The notes under the pieces were generated by a model. That model was not told the origin of the DNA and made no database searches. It saw only the letters and a program-made list of their open reading frames with translations. 64,000 nucleotides of DNA. It comes from an uncultured Gammaproteobacteria bacterium (GTDB lineage: Bacteria; Patescibacteriota; Patescibacteriia; Magasanikbacterales; GWA2-37-8). Location: positions 20,677-84,676 of the forward strand of contig CAYZGX010000002.1 of the NCBI GenBank assembly GCA_964478235.1. The letters are read 5' to 3'. How positions within the stretch are numbered: position 1 is the stretch's first letter; each line of letters begins with the position of its first letter. The translations under genes were made by a program, and so were the position numbers. Below are positions 35,861-46,431 of this stretch, piece by piece.

Positions 35861-38290
35861 ATGCGTATCTCATTTTCATGGCTCAAAAAACACGTCGCGA
35901 TTCCAGAGTCGCTGACTCCAGCTGAGCTTGCCGAAAAATTAAAATTAAGCACCGTAGAAGTTGAAGGTGTTGACTATGCTGGCGCTCATCTCGACAAAAT
36001 TGTCGTTGGTAAAGTGCTTTCGGCTGAAAAGCATCCGAACGCTGACAGTCTGCAGGTGTGCCAAGTAGATACTGGCGCCGAGACCGCTACGATTGTTTGT
36101 GGCGGGAGCAATGTAGTGCCAAATATGTATGTCGCTGTCGCTCAAACTGGCGCCAAAGTGCGCTGGCACGGCGAAGGGGAGTTGATTGAGTTGAAGCCGG
36201 CCAAAATCCGTGGTGTAGAATCCAACGGTATGATTTGCGGGGCTGACGAAATCGGTTTGGCTGAACGTTTTCCAAAAAAATCTGAAAAAGAAATTGTTGA
36301 CCTAAGCAGTCTCAAGGTGCGCGCAGGCGAACCGCTTGCCAAAGCGCTCGGCCTGAGTGATGCTGTTTTTGAAATAGATAATAAATCGCTGTCCAACCGC
36401 CCAGATTTGTGGGGGCATTATGGTTTGGCGCGAGAAGTTGCCGCGCTTGTTGGTCGACCTGTTCAACCATATAAAACAACTGAAATTAAAAAAGGCAAAG
36501 GCATTGATTTAAAAATAAAAAACAACGACACTAAAGCGTGTCCACGGTATATGGCTGTTGCTTTGAGTGGCGTAGCTGTTGCTCCATCGCCTCGTTGGCT
36601 GGAAGAGAGTCTTTTGGCTGTTGGGGTGCGCCCAATTAACAATATCGTTGATGCGACTAATTTTGTCATGCTTGATCTTGGTCAACCACTTCATGCTTTT
36701 GATGCGAACGCCGTTTCTGGTGGAGAGGTAATTATCAGATCAGCGAAACATGGTGAAAAAATTATCACACTTGATGATAAAGAACGCGAACTCGAAGAGG
36801 GGATGCTCTTGATCGCAAACAAAGAAAAACCACTGGCCATCGCCGGGGTGATGGGTGGAAAAGAGAGTGCGATTACGGCTGGAACCACAACGGTGATTAT
36901 TGAGTCAGCAAATTTTTCGGCGGACAGTATTCGTAAAACTTCAACTAAACTCGGACTTCGCACCGACGCCTCAGCTCGTTTTGAAAAAAGTCTAGACGTC
37001 ACCTTGCCAAAAATTGCTTTGGAACGAGTTGTTGCTCTGATTCAAGAAGTTGCGCCTGGAGCGAAAGTGTCGAGTATTGTCGTCGATGAGGGGGTAAAAA
37101 ATGCCCCAAAGGTGGTGTTAGAAATACCAGCAGATTTTTGTGAAAAAAGAATTGGTCTTTCGGTACCAGGCAAAACTGTTGTTGCTATTTTAGCTCGCTT
37201 AGGTTTTGAAGTAAAAGAAAAAAAAGGCAGTATCACCGTGACAGTGCCGAGTTGGCGCGCCAAAGATGTTTCTCGAGCTGAAGATGTTGTTGAAGAGGTT
37301 TTGAGAGTGCTCGGTTATTCGGCTGTTCAGGCTAGTTTGCCAACATTTCCAGTCACCCCGCCACTAGTAAACAAGCTCGGCTCGCTTAGTCGGGTTGTTC
37401 GCCGGGTTCTCGCTTTTGAATTGGGGTATAACGAAACGTATAACTACTCGTTTGTGAGTGCATCTCAGGTGGCCAAGCTTGGCGAAGACGCTAAGTTGTC
37501 TTTGGAATTAGACAACCCGCTGTCCAAAGAAAAACCATTGATTCGCCGCTCACTGTTACCAAATCTTTTAGAAAATGTAGTCAATAATGCCACTCGTGGA
37601 AGTGTGCGGTTGTTTGAAATCGGACAGGTCTACACCAAAGAAAATCCTGGCCTGCGCGCTCTGCCACAAGGTGATGAGCTGCTACCACGCCAAGATACCT
37701 GGCTCGGAGCTGTTGTTATGGAAAAAAAGAATACTAATCCGTTTAGTGAAGCTCGCCGGGTGGTGGAGGCGCTGCAAAAACAGGTGCCAATCACTATTGC
37801 CGAAGCTCGAGAGCTTTTGCCATCACAACATCCGACACGCACGGCAGTTATTCGTTTACGCGGTGAAACAGTTGGTAGTATTTTTGAAGTACATCCTCGG
37901 GTGAGATCGGCTTATGGCCTAGAGGAACGAGTGGCTGTGGTAGAAATTAATATGAGTGCGCTTGTTCTCTCGGATGCAATGGTTGTAACAAAGTTTAGCC
38001 CACTGTCAGCCTATCCAACCGTCAAACGTGATATCGCTATGGTGGTGAAAAAAGATATTACCCACGAAATGGTGCAAAAAGCGTTAAAAAATTGCGACCC
38101 GCTTCTTCTTGGGGTGGAGTTGTTTGATGTTTATCGCGGTGCGACTATTGGCGCGGAGTACAAGAGTATGGCCTATCATCTTACTTATGGAAGCGACAGT
38201 AAAACACTTACCACTGAAGAAGTTGACGCTGCTCACGCCAAAATTATTGCTCAATTAGTTAAAAAATGCGGCGCGGAAATGCGTGCCTAA
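35861..38290 (+). CDS. pheT: Phenylalanyl-tRNA synthetase beta subunit
   Basis: Domain order tRNA-binding OB, B3/B4, B5, then FDX-ACB. Directly downstream of pheS. Confidence 0.9.
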   Translation: MRISFSWLKKHVAIPESLTPAELAEKLKLSTVEVEGVDYAGAHLDKIVVGKVLSAEKHPNADSLQVCQVDTGAETATIVCGGSNVVPNMYVAVAQTGAKVRWHGEGELIELKPAKIRGVESNGMICGADEIGLAERFPKKSEKEIVDLSSLKVRAGEPLAKALGLSDAVFEIDNKSLSNRPDLWGHYGLAREVAALVGRPVQPYKTTEIKKGKGIDLKIKNNDTKACPRYMAVALSGVAVAPSPRWLEESLLAVGVRPINNIVDATNFVMLDLGQPLHAFDANAVSGGEVIIRSAKHGEKIITLDDKERELEEGMLLIANKEKPLAIAGVMGGKESAITAGTTTVIIESANFSADSIRKTSTKLGLRTDASARFEKSLDVTLPKIALERVVALIQEVAPGAKVSSIVVDEGVKNAPKVVLEIPADFCEKRIGLSVPGKTVVAILARLGFEVKEKKGSITVTVPSWRAKDVSRAEDVVEEVLRVLGYSAVQASLPTFPVTPPLVNKLGSLSRVVRRVLAFELGYNETYNYSFVSASQVAKLGEDAKLSLELDNPLSKEKPLIRRSLLPNLLENVVNNATRGSVRLFEIGQVYTKENPGLRALPQGDELLPRQDTWLGAVVMEKKNTNPFSEARRVVEALQKQVPITIAEARELLPSQHPTRTAVIRLRGETVGSIFEVHPRVRSAYGLEERVAVVEINMSALVLSDAMVVTKFSPLSAYPTVKRDIAMVVKKDITHEMVQKALKNCDPLLLGVELFDVYRGATIGAEYKSMAYHLTYGSDSKTLTTEEVDAAHAKIIAQLVKKCGAEMRA

Positions 38291-38367
38291 AGGCAGAGTA
38301 GTTGGTGGGCTTACTAAAAGTATGTTATACTATCTGTAAGTCTAAAATTATATAATCAAGGAAGGGT

Positions 38368-38754
38368 ATGTTTGCAACCACTCAAGATTTCTTCTATCTC
38401 ATCGTCTCGTTCTGTATTATTTGTGTCACCGTTTTTGTTTGCTGGGCCTTCTATTATGTTATGCGCCTGCTCCGGAATGCTAACATGATCGTAGAAGAGT
38501 TCCGCATGCGCCTTCAAACACTCACCGACACCATTAATTATATCCGTGGTAAGGTGGAGCACATCTCTGGTATTATGACACTCGCGAGTGGTGGGGTCTC
38601 GGGGTTGGTCAAAAAAATGGTTACCAAAAAAGCCCACGACTGGCTTGATGACACCTCTGAGGAATTTGATACTGCAGCCAAAGAAGCAGTTGATAAAGCA
38701 GTGGCAATGACGGCCAAAAAAATGAAAAAAGTAACGGCTAAAATGAAACGATAA
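38368..38754 (+). CDS. Hypothetical small membrane protein
   Basis: One N-terminal TM helix. A terminator (ccctccc...gggaggg plus a T-run) follows. Confidence 0.5.
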   Translation: MFATTQDFFYLIVSFCIICVTVFVCWAFYYVMRLLRNANMIVEEFRMRLQTLTDTINYIRGKVEHISGIMTLASGGVSGLVKKMVTKKAHDWLDDTSEEFDTAAKEAVDKAVAMTAKKMKKVTAKMKR

Positions 38755-38850
38755 TTTCTTCAAAACCCTCCCGAGTGGAGGGTTTTTTAATCATTGATTT
38801 TTAGGGGTGGTTAGGGTAGTATTGAGGGCGAAGGGGCAACCCCTTTTTTT

Positions 38851-41800
38851 ATGTCATTTGTTCACCTTCATACCCACAGCCACTATTCGCTACTCGACGC
38901 CTTAACCCAGGTGGGTGATTTGGTTTCCGCTGCCAAAAAACGAGGGTTTTCTGCTATTGCACTCACTGATCATGCCAACTTGTATGGCGCTATTGAGTTT
39001 TATGAAGCGTGTCAAAAAGAAGGTATCAAACCGATTATCGGGGTTGAGCTTCACGTTACACCTCATGACATTGATGATAAAACTGTTGAGCATAAATACT
39101 ACCACCTTGTTTTGTTGGCCAAAGACTACGCTGGCTACCGCAATTTAGTGGAGTTAGTCTCCATTGGTGCGCTTCGGCCAGATATGCCTAAGCCGTTGAT
39201 TGATAAAACTACCCTAAAAAAATATAGCACAGGAATTATTGCCCTATCAGGTTGTCTTGAGGGGGAAATACCAGCTATTTTACAAAAAGAACACAACTAC
39301 GAAAAAGCCAAAAAGGTGGCGCTAGAATTTCACGAGATATTTGGCGCTGACAATTTTTATCTAGAACTCAATGATCTGCCAGATTTGGAGGGGCAAATTG
39401 AGGTGAACACCGAACTTATTCAACTCAGTAAAGACACTGGTATTCCGCTGGTTGTCACTCGTGATTCGCATTATCTGAGTCAGGGAGATGCTGAAGCGCA
39501 AGATATTTTGACCTGTATTCGCGATGGGCGCACGGTGGACGAGCCAAATCGACCGAGTAGTGCGGCGATTGATTATTCGCTTGCTTCAGAAAAAGAAATT
39601 GCTGGGCGGTTTAAGCATATTCCCGAAGCTCTCGAAAACACCCAAAAGATTGCTGATGCTACCAACCTGCAGCTCGCTCTTAATAAATGGCATTTTCCGC
39701 AGATTGATTTACCGCCCAATAAAACAGCTGACGAACATCTCAAAGACGAGGTCTATCGTCGTCTCGCTATCCTCACCGCTGTTGATGAAAAAGTTGCTGA
39801 GCGCGTGGAATATGAGCTTGGGATTATTAGCAAAAAAGGATATTCGCCCTACTTTTTAGTCGTATCAGATTACGTTGGTTTTGCTCGTAAAAACGGGATT
39901 ATTGAAACCACTCGTGGCTCGGGCGCCGGGTCAATCGTGGCCTATGCTATGGGGATTACCACGGTAAATCCGCTACTCTTCAAATTGCCATTTGAACGTT
40001 TTTTGAATCCATTTCGTCCAAGCCCGCCAGATATTGATGCCGACTTTGCCGACGACCGCCGCGACGATATGATCGCCTACGTCACCAAAAAATACGGGGC
40101 TGACAAAGTGGCGCAGATTATTACCTTCGGTACTATGGCTGCTCGTGGGAGTATTCGCGATGTTGGCCGTGCGCTTGGTTATAGCTATTCGTTTTGTGAT
40201 CAGGTGTCCAAGCTGATTCCGTTTGGGGCGCAAGGATTCAACATGACGATTGAAAAAGCGCTTGATTTGGAGCCAGACTTGAAAGAGCTCTACAACAAAA
40301 ACGCTCAAGTAAAACGCTTGATTGATTTAGCTCAAAAAATTGAAGGTTGTGCGCGTCATACTTCTATCCATGCGGCCGGGGTGGTTATCTCGCCATCGTC
40401 ACTCACTGATTTTACTCCAATTCAACACGAAGTCGGTGGAACGCGTACGGTGACACAATATGAAATGCATGCGGTGGAAGCGGCAGGCCTGCTTAAAATG
40501 GACTTTTTGGGTATTCGCAACTTGTCTATCTTGGGGCATGCTGTTGTTTTGACCGAGCAAACTACTGGTCAGAAAATTGATATCTATAATCTCCAACCGT
40601 GGGACGATAAAAAAACCTACGATATGTTGGCGCGTGGAGAAACTATGGGGGTGTTTCAGCTGTCAGGCTCTGGTATGACTCGCTATTTGAAGGAGTTGCG
40701 GCCGGCTAGTATTTTTGACATCATGGCGATGGTGGCTTTGTTCCGCCCTGGTCCGATGGAATCTATCCCGGAATATATTAAACGAAAAAACAGCCCTGAT
40801 TTGGTGGAATATCTTGATCCGCGCATGAAAGACTTCCTTGACCAGTCGCTTGGTATCATCGTCTATCAAGATGACGTGCTTTTGACGGCGATCAATCTTG
40901 CTGGCTACAACTGGGAAGAAGCTGACAAATTTCGCAAAGCGATGGGTAAAAAAATTCCAGAAGAAATGATGAAGCAGAAAGAAAAGTTTTTCAAAGGTGC
41001 TAAAGAAATCGGTAAGCTGTCTGATTCGACGATTAATAAGTTGTGGGAATATATTGAACCTTTTGCAGCTTACGGTTTCAACAAAGCGCATGCGGCGAGT
41101 TATGCCGTGGTGGCCTACCAAACTGCCTTCATGAAGGCTAATTTCCCGCTCCAATACATGACGGCCGTTTTGATTGCGGAAAGTGGTGATATTGATAAAG
41201 TGCCAGCGATTATCCACGAGTGTAGTCGCATGGGGATTAAAGTATTACCACCAGATATTAACGCTAGCCAAAAAACGTTTGCTATGATTGAACCAAAAGA
41301 TGGTTCTCCTGCGCATATTCGTTTTGGGTTGAGTGGTATTAAAAATCTTGGCGAGCATATTGCTGAAGTTATCTATACCGAGCGCCAAGCCAATGGACCC
41401 TACACTGATTTGGAAAACATGTTGTCGCGGGTGCAAGATAAAGATCTTAACAAAAAATCATTAGAAGCGCTCATTAAATGTGGGGCGATGGATAGCTTTG
41501 GTTACGACCGCGGACTTTTGGTTGCCAATGTTGAGGGGATGCTTCATTTTGTTCACGATCGTCAAACAAAATCCACCACCAAACAAAACACTCTTTTTAG
41601 CGGAAGTGCGATTGATGTCTTAAGCCATGTAAAACTATCGCCAGCCAAGAATGCCACCCCCGACGAAAAGCTCACCTGGGAAAAAGAATTGCTTGGTCTA
41701 TACGTCACCTCACATCCGTTTGCATATTACCAGAAAGCGATGGAGCGGGTGTTGACTCCGATTACCGAATTAGCTGGCCAAGCCCGCAAACAGTGGGTGG

Positions 41801-42342
41801 TGGTGGGCGGGGTGATTGATAGCACTAAAAAGAAAATTACTCGTAGTGGTTCGGCGATGATGTTCGTGACTATCCAGGATATCTCGAGCAGTCTCGAGTT
41901 GTTGGTCTTTCCAAAAACCTACGAAACCACCAAAGATGTCTGGGTGGAAGGGCGCACAGTCTGTGTTATTGGTCGCACCGGGGACGAAGAAGGCGACGAT
42001 AAGCTCTTTGTAGAAAAAGCGTATGTACTGACCAAAGACAACGTTCAAGGTTTGGTGGCGCAAATGGCTGCCAGCGGCTCAACGAGACGTTCGAGCGCCC
42101 GAGCGCCCGAAGCACCAGCTTCGACAGCGCCTGAGCCAAGCGAAAGAGCAATGCCAACCTTTGATCTCGCTCTGGCACCCGAGATGCTCCAAGCCAAAGC
42201 TAGCGAGCTCAAAGCGGTCTTTGAAGAGTTTAAGGGGGATGTTACTGTTCAGCTTGTCGTTGGGTCAAAAAAAATCAAAACCGCTTTTCAGGTTAGAGAG
42301 TGCGCCGAGCTTCAAGAAGCTATAAAAAAAGTACTGAGTTAA
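38851..42342 (+). CDS. dnaE: DNA polymerase III alpha subunit
   Basis: PHP domain (HLHTHSHYSLLDA), polymerase core, and an OB-fold C-terminus. 1163 aa. Confidence 0.9.
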   Translation: MSFVHLHTHSHYSLLDALTQVGDLVSAAKKRGFSAIALTDHANLYGAIEFYEACQKEGIKPIIGVELHVTPHDIDDKTVEHKYYHLVLLAKDYAGYRNLVELVSIGALRPDMPKPLIDKTTLKKYSTGIIALSGCLEGEIPAILQKEHNYEKAKKVALEFHEIFGADNFYLELNDLPDLEGQIEVNTELIQLSKDTGIPLVVTRDSHYLSQGDAEAQDILTCIRDGRTVDEPNRPSSAAIDYSLASEKEIAGRFKHIPEALENTQKIADATNLQLALNKWHFPQIDLPPNKTADEHLKDEVYRRLAILTAVDEKVAERVEYELGIISKKGYSPYFLVVSDYVGFARKNGIIETTRGSGAGSIVAYAMGITTVNPLLFKLPFERFLNPFRPSPPDIDADFADDRRDDMIAYVTKKYGADKVAQIITFGTMAARGSIRDVGRALGYSYSFCDQVSKLIPFGAQGFNMTIEKALDLEPDLKELYNKNAQVKRLIDLAQKIEGCARHTSIHAAGVVISPSSLTDFTPIQHEVGGTRTVTQYEMHAVEAAGLLKMDFLGIRNLSILGHAVVLTEQTTGQKIDIYNLQPWDDKKTYDMLARGETMGVFQLSGSGMTRYLKELRPASIFDIMAMVALFRPGPMESIPEYIKRKNSPDLVEYLDPRMKDFLDQSLGIIVYQDDVLLTAINLAGYNWEEADKFRKAMGKKIPEEMMKQKEKFFKGAKEIGKLSDSTINKLWEYIEPFAAYGFNKAHAASYAVVAYQTAFMKANFPLQYMTAVLIAESGDIDKVPAIIHECSRMGIKVLPPDINASQKTFAMIEPKDGSPAHIRFGLSGIKNLGEHIAEVIYTERQANGPYTDLENMLSRVQDKDLNKKSLEALIKCGAMDSFGYDRGLLVANVEGMLHFVHDRQTKSTTKQNTLFSGSAIDVLSHVKLSPAKNATPDEKLTWEKELLGLYVTSHPFAYYQKAMERVLTPITELAGQARKQWVVVGGVIDSTKKKITRSGSAMMFVTIQDISSSLELLVFPKTYETTKDVWVEGRTVCVIGRTGDEEGDDKLFVEKAYVLTKDNVQGLVAQMAASGSTRRSSARAPEAPASTAPEPSERAMPTFDLALAPEMLQAKASELKAVFEEFKGDVTVQLVVGSKKIKTAFQVRECAELQEAIKKVLS

Positions 42343-43380
42343 TCAGTACTTTTTTTGATCAATTTTCCAGTTTGGATCGACATTCACTGCTCGCCAATCG
42401 GTGTAATGTTGTTTTTTGGCTTGGTAATAACCAGCAGCTGCAATCATCGCGCCGTTGTCCATACAATAATGGGGGAGAGCCATGAGAAAACGTGTTTCGC
42501 TCGAATGTTTTTTGACTGCTTCTTCAAGCGAGAAACGAAGTTTTTTGTTGGCTGACACGCCGCCGGCTAAAATAATACTTTTTGGTGAGAACTCTCGAGC
42601 TGCACGAATGGTTTTGGTGACGAGGACGTCAACGATTGCCTGCTCAAGACTGGCTGCAAAGTCATTGACGGTAATTTCTGAAGAAAGAGTGTTGTCGCGA
42701 AGCCAATAGAGCGCCGAAGTTTTGAGACCCGAAAAACTAAAAGCGTACGAAGGATCCTGCATCATCGGACGAGGAAAAGCAATTGCATCGGTGCGTCCGG
42801 TGAGAGCGAGTTTAGAAATTTGTGGACCACCTGGATAGGGGAGTTGTAGTAGCTTGGCGACTTTATCAAAACATTCACCGGCAGCGTCATCTTTGGTAGC
42901 GCCCAAAATTCGGCAATCATTGTTGTCGGTCATGAGTACCAGCTCGGTGTGTCCGCCACTGACCACCAATGCTAACGCTGGAAAGGTGATAGCTTCGCGC
43001 GGGACACCTCGTTCGGTCGAGATTTCCACTGAGTGGATATGGCCAAGGAGGTGGTTGGTGGGAATGAGCGGTATATTCTTGCTGTAGGACAACGTTTTGG
43101 CTGCTGTAGTGCCCACCAGAAGGCCGGTAATGAGCCCAGGGCCACTTGTGACAGCGATAGCGTCAGGCGTGGGGTGTCCGGCTAATACGGCTTCAATGAG
43201 TGGGGTAATTTTTTCAGCGTGGAGACGCCCAGCCACTTCAGGTACGACGCCACCGTATTGTTTATGAACATCAATTTGCGAAGCAGTTTTTTCAGAAACA
43301 ACAAATTGCCCTGCTTCAGATGAATGAAGAAGAGCTACTGAAGTATCGTCACATGAACTTTCAATACCTAAAATGTACAT
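42343..43380 (-). CDS. tsaD: tRNA N6-adenosine threonylcarbamoyltransferase TsaD (Kae1/Gcp)
   Basis: MYILGIESSCDDTSVAL N-terminus and metal-binding HxxGH. Confidence 0.9.
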   Translation of the reverse strand: MYILGIESSCDDTSVALLHSSEAGQFVVSEKTASQIDVHKQYGGVVPEVAGRLHAEKITPLIEAVLAGHPTPDAIAVTSGPGLITGLLVGTTAAKTLSYSKNIPLIPTNHLLGHIHSVEISTERGVPREAITFPALALVVSGGHTELVLMTDNNDCRILGATKDDAAGECFDKVAKLLQLPYPGGPQISKLALTGRTDAIAFPRPMMQDPSYAFSFSGLKTSALYWLRDNTLSSEITVNDFAASLEQAIVDVLVTKTIRAAREFSPKSIILAGGVSANKKLRFSLEEAVKKHSSETRFLMALPHYCMDNGAMIAAAGYYQAKKQHYTDWRAVNVDPNWKIDQKKY

Positions 43381-43383
43381 ACC

Positions 43384-44247
43384 TTAGCGAGCGAGAGTCC
43401 AAACACCATTGACTGGGGCGGCTAAAATTTCAATCTCACCAAAGCTGCTTTCTGGGCCAAGCTTGATTGGGGAGTAGCCATTTTTATCAGTCACTTTAAT
43501 CAAACGTTTGTTGGCAACAAGTTCAAAACGCAACGTTGAAGTCGGCAAACGGTGGCGAGGGTTTTCAAAGAGTGGTGGAAAAACAATTTGTTTAAATTCG
43601 TTTTCAGTGTAGACCTGAGCAAAATTGTAGTTATTTATTTCGTTAAATTGATAGCGAAAAGCTTTGAACATTGTCTCTGGATTTTTTGAGCCAATCGCTA
43701 GCCATGTTTTGAAGATAAGCATTGAGACCTGTCCTTTGGTGTAGGTGGTAATAGTGAGTGGTTTGGCTGAAGTCCAAAAGGTGCTTGGCGGCACTGGTGT
43801 TGCTCGGAAAGTTTTGGTGATGGTTGTTGATTTGGCAGTAAGCGTGTCAGCTTTAATATTCACGACCGCTAATTTTTCACCTTCATTAGTTTTTTGGCCG
43901 TCGCGTACGCGAGAGATTTCAATATAGATAATTTCTCCAGGGGCAGTGGTGGTGGAAGTGTCTTTCTGTAAAGTGACCGTCAGTGTATTAGAAACTCCTG
44001 GAATCCAGGCGTTCACGTTGGCATAGCCTTTGACGAGCTGTTTGTTGGTGCCGGTCTGCAGACTCTTCACAATAGCGGTGTCGTTAAGCTTGAGTGTGGC
44101 CAAAACACCCACTGGTTTGTAGTAGTTGATAAGATAAAAATAGGGTGTCGGCTGGTTGGCTGGAGTTGTGGTTGCAGCTTGTGACAGAGATGGAAAAACA
44201 AGCGATACCACCAAGAGAAAACCAAGGAAAGTTCGTGTCATAAACAT
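43384..44247 (-). CDS. Hypothetical secreted protein
   Basis: A signal peptide then a Thr-rich beta-rich sequence. No motif recognised. Confidence 0.45.
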   Translation of the reverse strand: MFMTRTFLGFLLVVSLVFPSLSQAATTTPANQPTPYFYLINYYKPVGVLATLKLNDTAIVKSLQTGTNKQLVKGYANVNAWIPGVSNTLTVTLQKDTSTTTAPGEIIYIEISRVRDGQKTNEGEKLAVVNIKADTLTAKSTTITKTFRATPVPPSTFWTSAKPLTITTYTKGQVSMLIFKTWLAIGSKNPETMFKAFRYQFNEINNYNFAQVYTENEFKQIVFPPLFENPRHRLPTSTLRFELVANKRLIKVTDKNGYSPIKLGPESSFGEIEILAAPVNGVWTLAR

Positions 44248-44273
44248 AGATATAAGAAGTAGACAAAACGGTG

Positions 44274-44347
44274 TGTCAAGGGCGGGGATCGAACCCGCGA
44301 CCTTAGCGTTATGAATGCTACGCTCTAACCAACTGAGCTACCCTGAC
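44274..44347 (-). tRNA. tRNA-Met (anticodon CAT; elongator Met or the lysidine-modified tRNA-Ile type)
   Basis: Acceptor GTCAGGG/CCTTGAC, D-arm GCTC-AGTTGGTTA-GAGC, anticodon loop TTCATAA, T-arm GCGGG-TTCGATC-CCCGC. The 1:72 pair is intact, so it is not an initiator. Confidence 0.8.
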
Positions 44348-44413
44348 ATGGCGCGCGTAGTATAGTAAAAAAATCATGGTTAGTCAAGCTATACCAGGCG
44401 GCTAAATAGGCTT

Positions 44414-46243
44414 CTACCAGCTTCCGCCCCCACCTCCGCCAAACCCACCACCAGAGGAGCCGCTGCTAAGCCCGCTGCCACCAGAGGAGCCGCTGCTTTT
44501 GCTCGGGCGCGAAGTTAGCATCGTGTTAGCTGCCCGGGAGCTAAAGGTGCTGAGGCCGTTGGTAATAGCCAATGCGGAGAAAGTTTTCATCGTTGGGTCG
44601 CTATACCACTCTGGCGACTCAGTCTGCATGTCGGCAAAGTGTTTGGCCCACGCTTCTTCTACCCCAAGCACCATCGCATAAGGGAGGAGAGCTTCAAAAT
44701 GCTTTGGGTCAGCTGTTGGAGCATTGTGAAATGCCAAGCGATCTTTTTCAGCCACTGAGAGGTAGAGTTTAAGCCCGAGCGCATGTTCGCGGGTGGTTGA
44801 GCCAAGTACGGTACGCACCGGCATGAGAAAACCGATAAAAATAACAATAAAGGCTGACATAAGACCAGCGACAATCCACATCCAGCCGAGGAGTGCCCCC
44901 GGAAGGCTGATTAGCATGCCAACACCAGCGCCTTTGAGGTAGTAGGCGAACTTTACTTGCCATGGATCTTTTTCGTAATACTTTTTCTCAACAAATGTTT
45001 CGGAAATATCGCTCATAAAATCCATAGCAATCGTGGAGAGGGCATAGCGAAGCTCGGACACTTTTATCTCAATTTTCTTTTTGGTAAAAATTTCTTCAAA
45101 GAGTGTTTTTTGCCATGATCGCAAGCCGTCGGCACCTTTCTTTTTGGTAAAAATAAAATCATCAGACCCGAGTAGGCCGGTTTTGGGAATGCGGGTGATG
45201 GTTAAATATCCTTGGACTGCCAAATGAATAATTTCAGCTGAAACGTCAATTGGTCGGGTTTTACCTTTCACGAGCAAACCAACTTGCGCGGGGGATAATT
45301 TGTCTGGTGCGGTAAACTCAGCGACAATCACGCCATGACCAGCTTTGTCGCGACCGTGTGACCACCAGTGGGCGAGCATGTAGATAAAAACGAGTAGTGG
45401 TAGAAAGAAAATAAGAGGGTTATTGGCGCCAGAGCTCGCTTCATTCAAGGTGTAGCGCAAGCGAGCAAAAAAGCCGTTCGGTACAATTTCAGCTGGGGCG
45501 TATGGCTCAAGCCGAGGGGTGACCACCGGAATATGCCCGGCCGGGAAACCGACGACAACGGTGAGACCATCATAGGTCTCCACATTGTTAGCTGTAAAGC
45601 TAGCCGTGGTAATAAGTTGAGACGACGAGGTGTTAAAAGTTGAGCTGTCACAAGAAGTGATGCTCCCAGTGTAGCCTTGGTAGCATTTTTTGCTGAGAGC
45701 CGACAGTGGAAAAGCCTTTGGCAGAGTAACTGTCGCCGTTATTTTTTTCATTGGCACTGGCCAATCGTTGCCGGTGACATTCCAATAGACTTCATCGTGA
45801 TCTTCAAAATGGGGGACAACGCCGCGAGCCACGTAGGTGATATGGTAGGTGTGCTGGCCTGTCACTGTTGTATCAGGGTCGCCAATCCGCACTCGGAGGC
45901 TGTAGCCGAAATCCTCAAGTTCATAGGGGATAGGTTGGTTATCTTGATTGGTCACCGCGGTAATAGTAACTGCGGTGTAGAGTGTTCCGCTCGGGCTCGA
46001 ATAGCTTGTCGGCAAGTCTCTAAAAATACCATGTCGCTCTAGGTCTCCAAAGTTGTAAACAATTGTTTCTTTTACCAAAAGTGAAGCGTCAGATCGGACA
46101 GTGAGATCGGCGTGAAATGATTCGATAAATTCAGCACTGTCGGCAAAGGGGTTGTAGTCATCTTCGGCTCGGACAAAAGCGGTGGGGGTGAGAGCTAAGC
46201 CAGCAAAGAAAAAGAGACTAATAAAAACAAAGATTTTTCTCAT
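44414..46243 (-). CDS. DUF2207-like membrane protein with a Gly/Ser-rich C-terminal tail
   Basis: Signal peptide, a large extracytoplasmic N-domain, TM helices, and a C-terminus of SGSSGGSGLSSGSSGGGFGGGGGGSW. Confidence 0.5.
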   Translation of the reverse strand: MRKIFVFISLFFFAGLALTPTAFVRAEDDYNPFADSAEFIESFHADLTVRSDASLLVKETIVYNFGDLERHGIFRDLPTSYSSPSGTLYTAVTITAVTNQDNQPIPYELEDFGYSLRVRIGDPDTTVTGQHTYHITYVARGVVPHFEDHDEVYWNVTGNDWPVPMKKITATVTLPKAFPLSALSKKCYQGYTGSITSCDSSTFNTSSSQLITTASFTANNVETYDGLTVVVGFPAGHIPVVTPRLEPYAPAEIVPNGFFARLRYTLNEASSGANNPLIFFLPLLVFIYMLAHWWSHGRDKAGHGVIVAEFTAPDKLSPAQVGLLVKGKTRPIDVSAEIIHLAVQGYLTITRIPKTGLLGSDDFIFTKKKGADGLRSWQKTLFEEIFTKKKIEIKVSELRYALSTIAMDFMSDISETFVEKKYYEKDPWQVKFAYYLKGAGVGMLISLPGALLGWMWIVAGLMSAFIVIFIGFLMPVRTVLGSTTREHALGLKLYLSVAEKDRLAFHNAPTADPKHFEALLPYAMVLGVEEAWAKHFADMQTESPEWYSDPTMKTFSALAITNGLSTFSSRAANTMLTSRPSKSSGSSGGSGLSSGSSGGGFGGGGGGSW

Positions 46244-46340
46244 AAAAATGAAGAAGAATAGTCCTAATAGTGTAGCACAGTGAGCTATTTTTGACTAAAA
46301 CAAAACCAACTACCGGAAAGTAGTTGGTTTTTGAAAGGTC

Positions 46341-46377
46341 GCTCTCCCTATTACAGCATAGCTATGTTGTAATAGGG
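46341..46377. repeat. Perfect 12-bp-stem palindrome with a palindromic loop, acting as a bidirectional terminator
   Basis: ctccctattaca-gcatagctatgt-tgtaatagggag. It is preceded by a second hairpin (ccaactacc..ggtagttgg) and a T-run. Confidence 0.7.
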
Positions 46378-46431
46378 AGTTGGAGCGATCTTTACAAGCT
46401 TCGCCACAACCCGTTCTGCGAACAGTTCGCC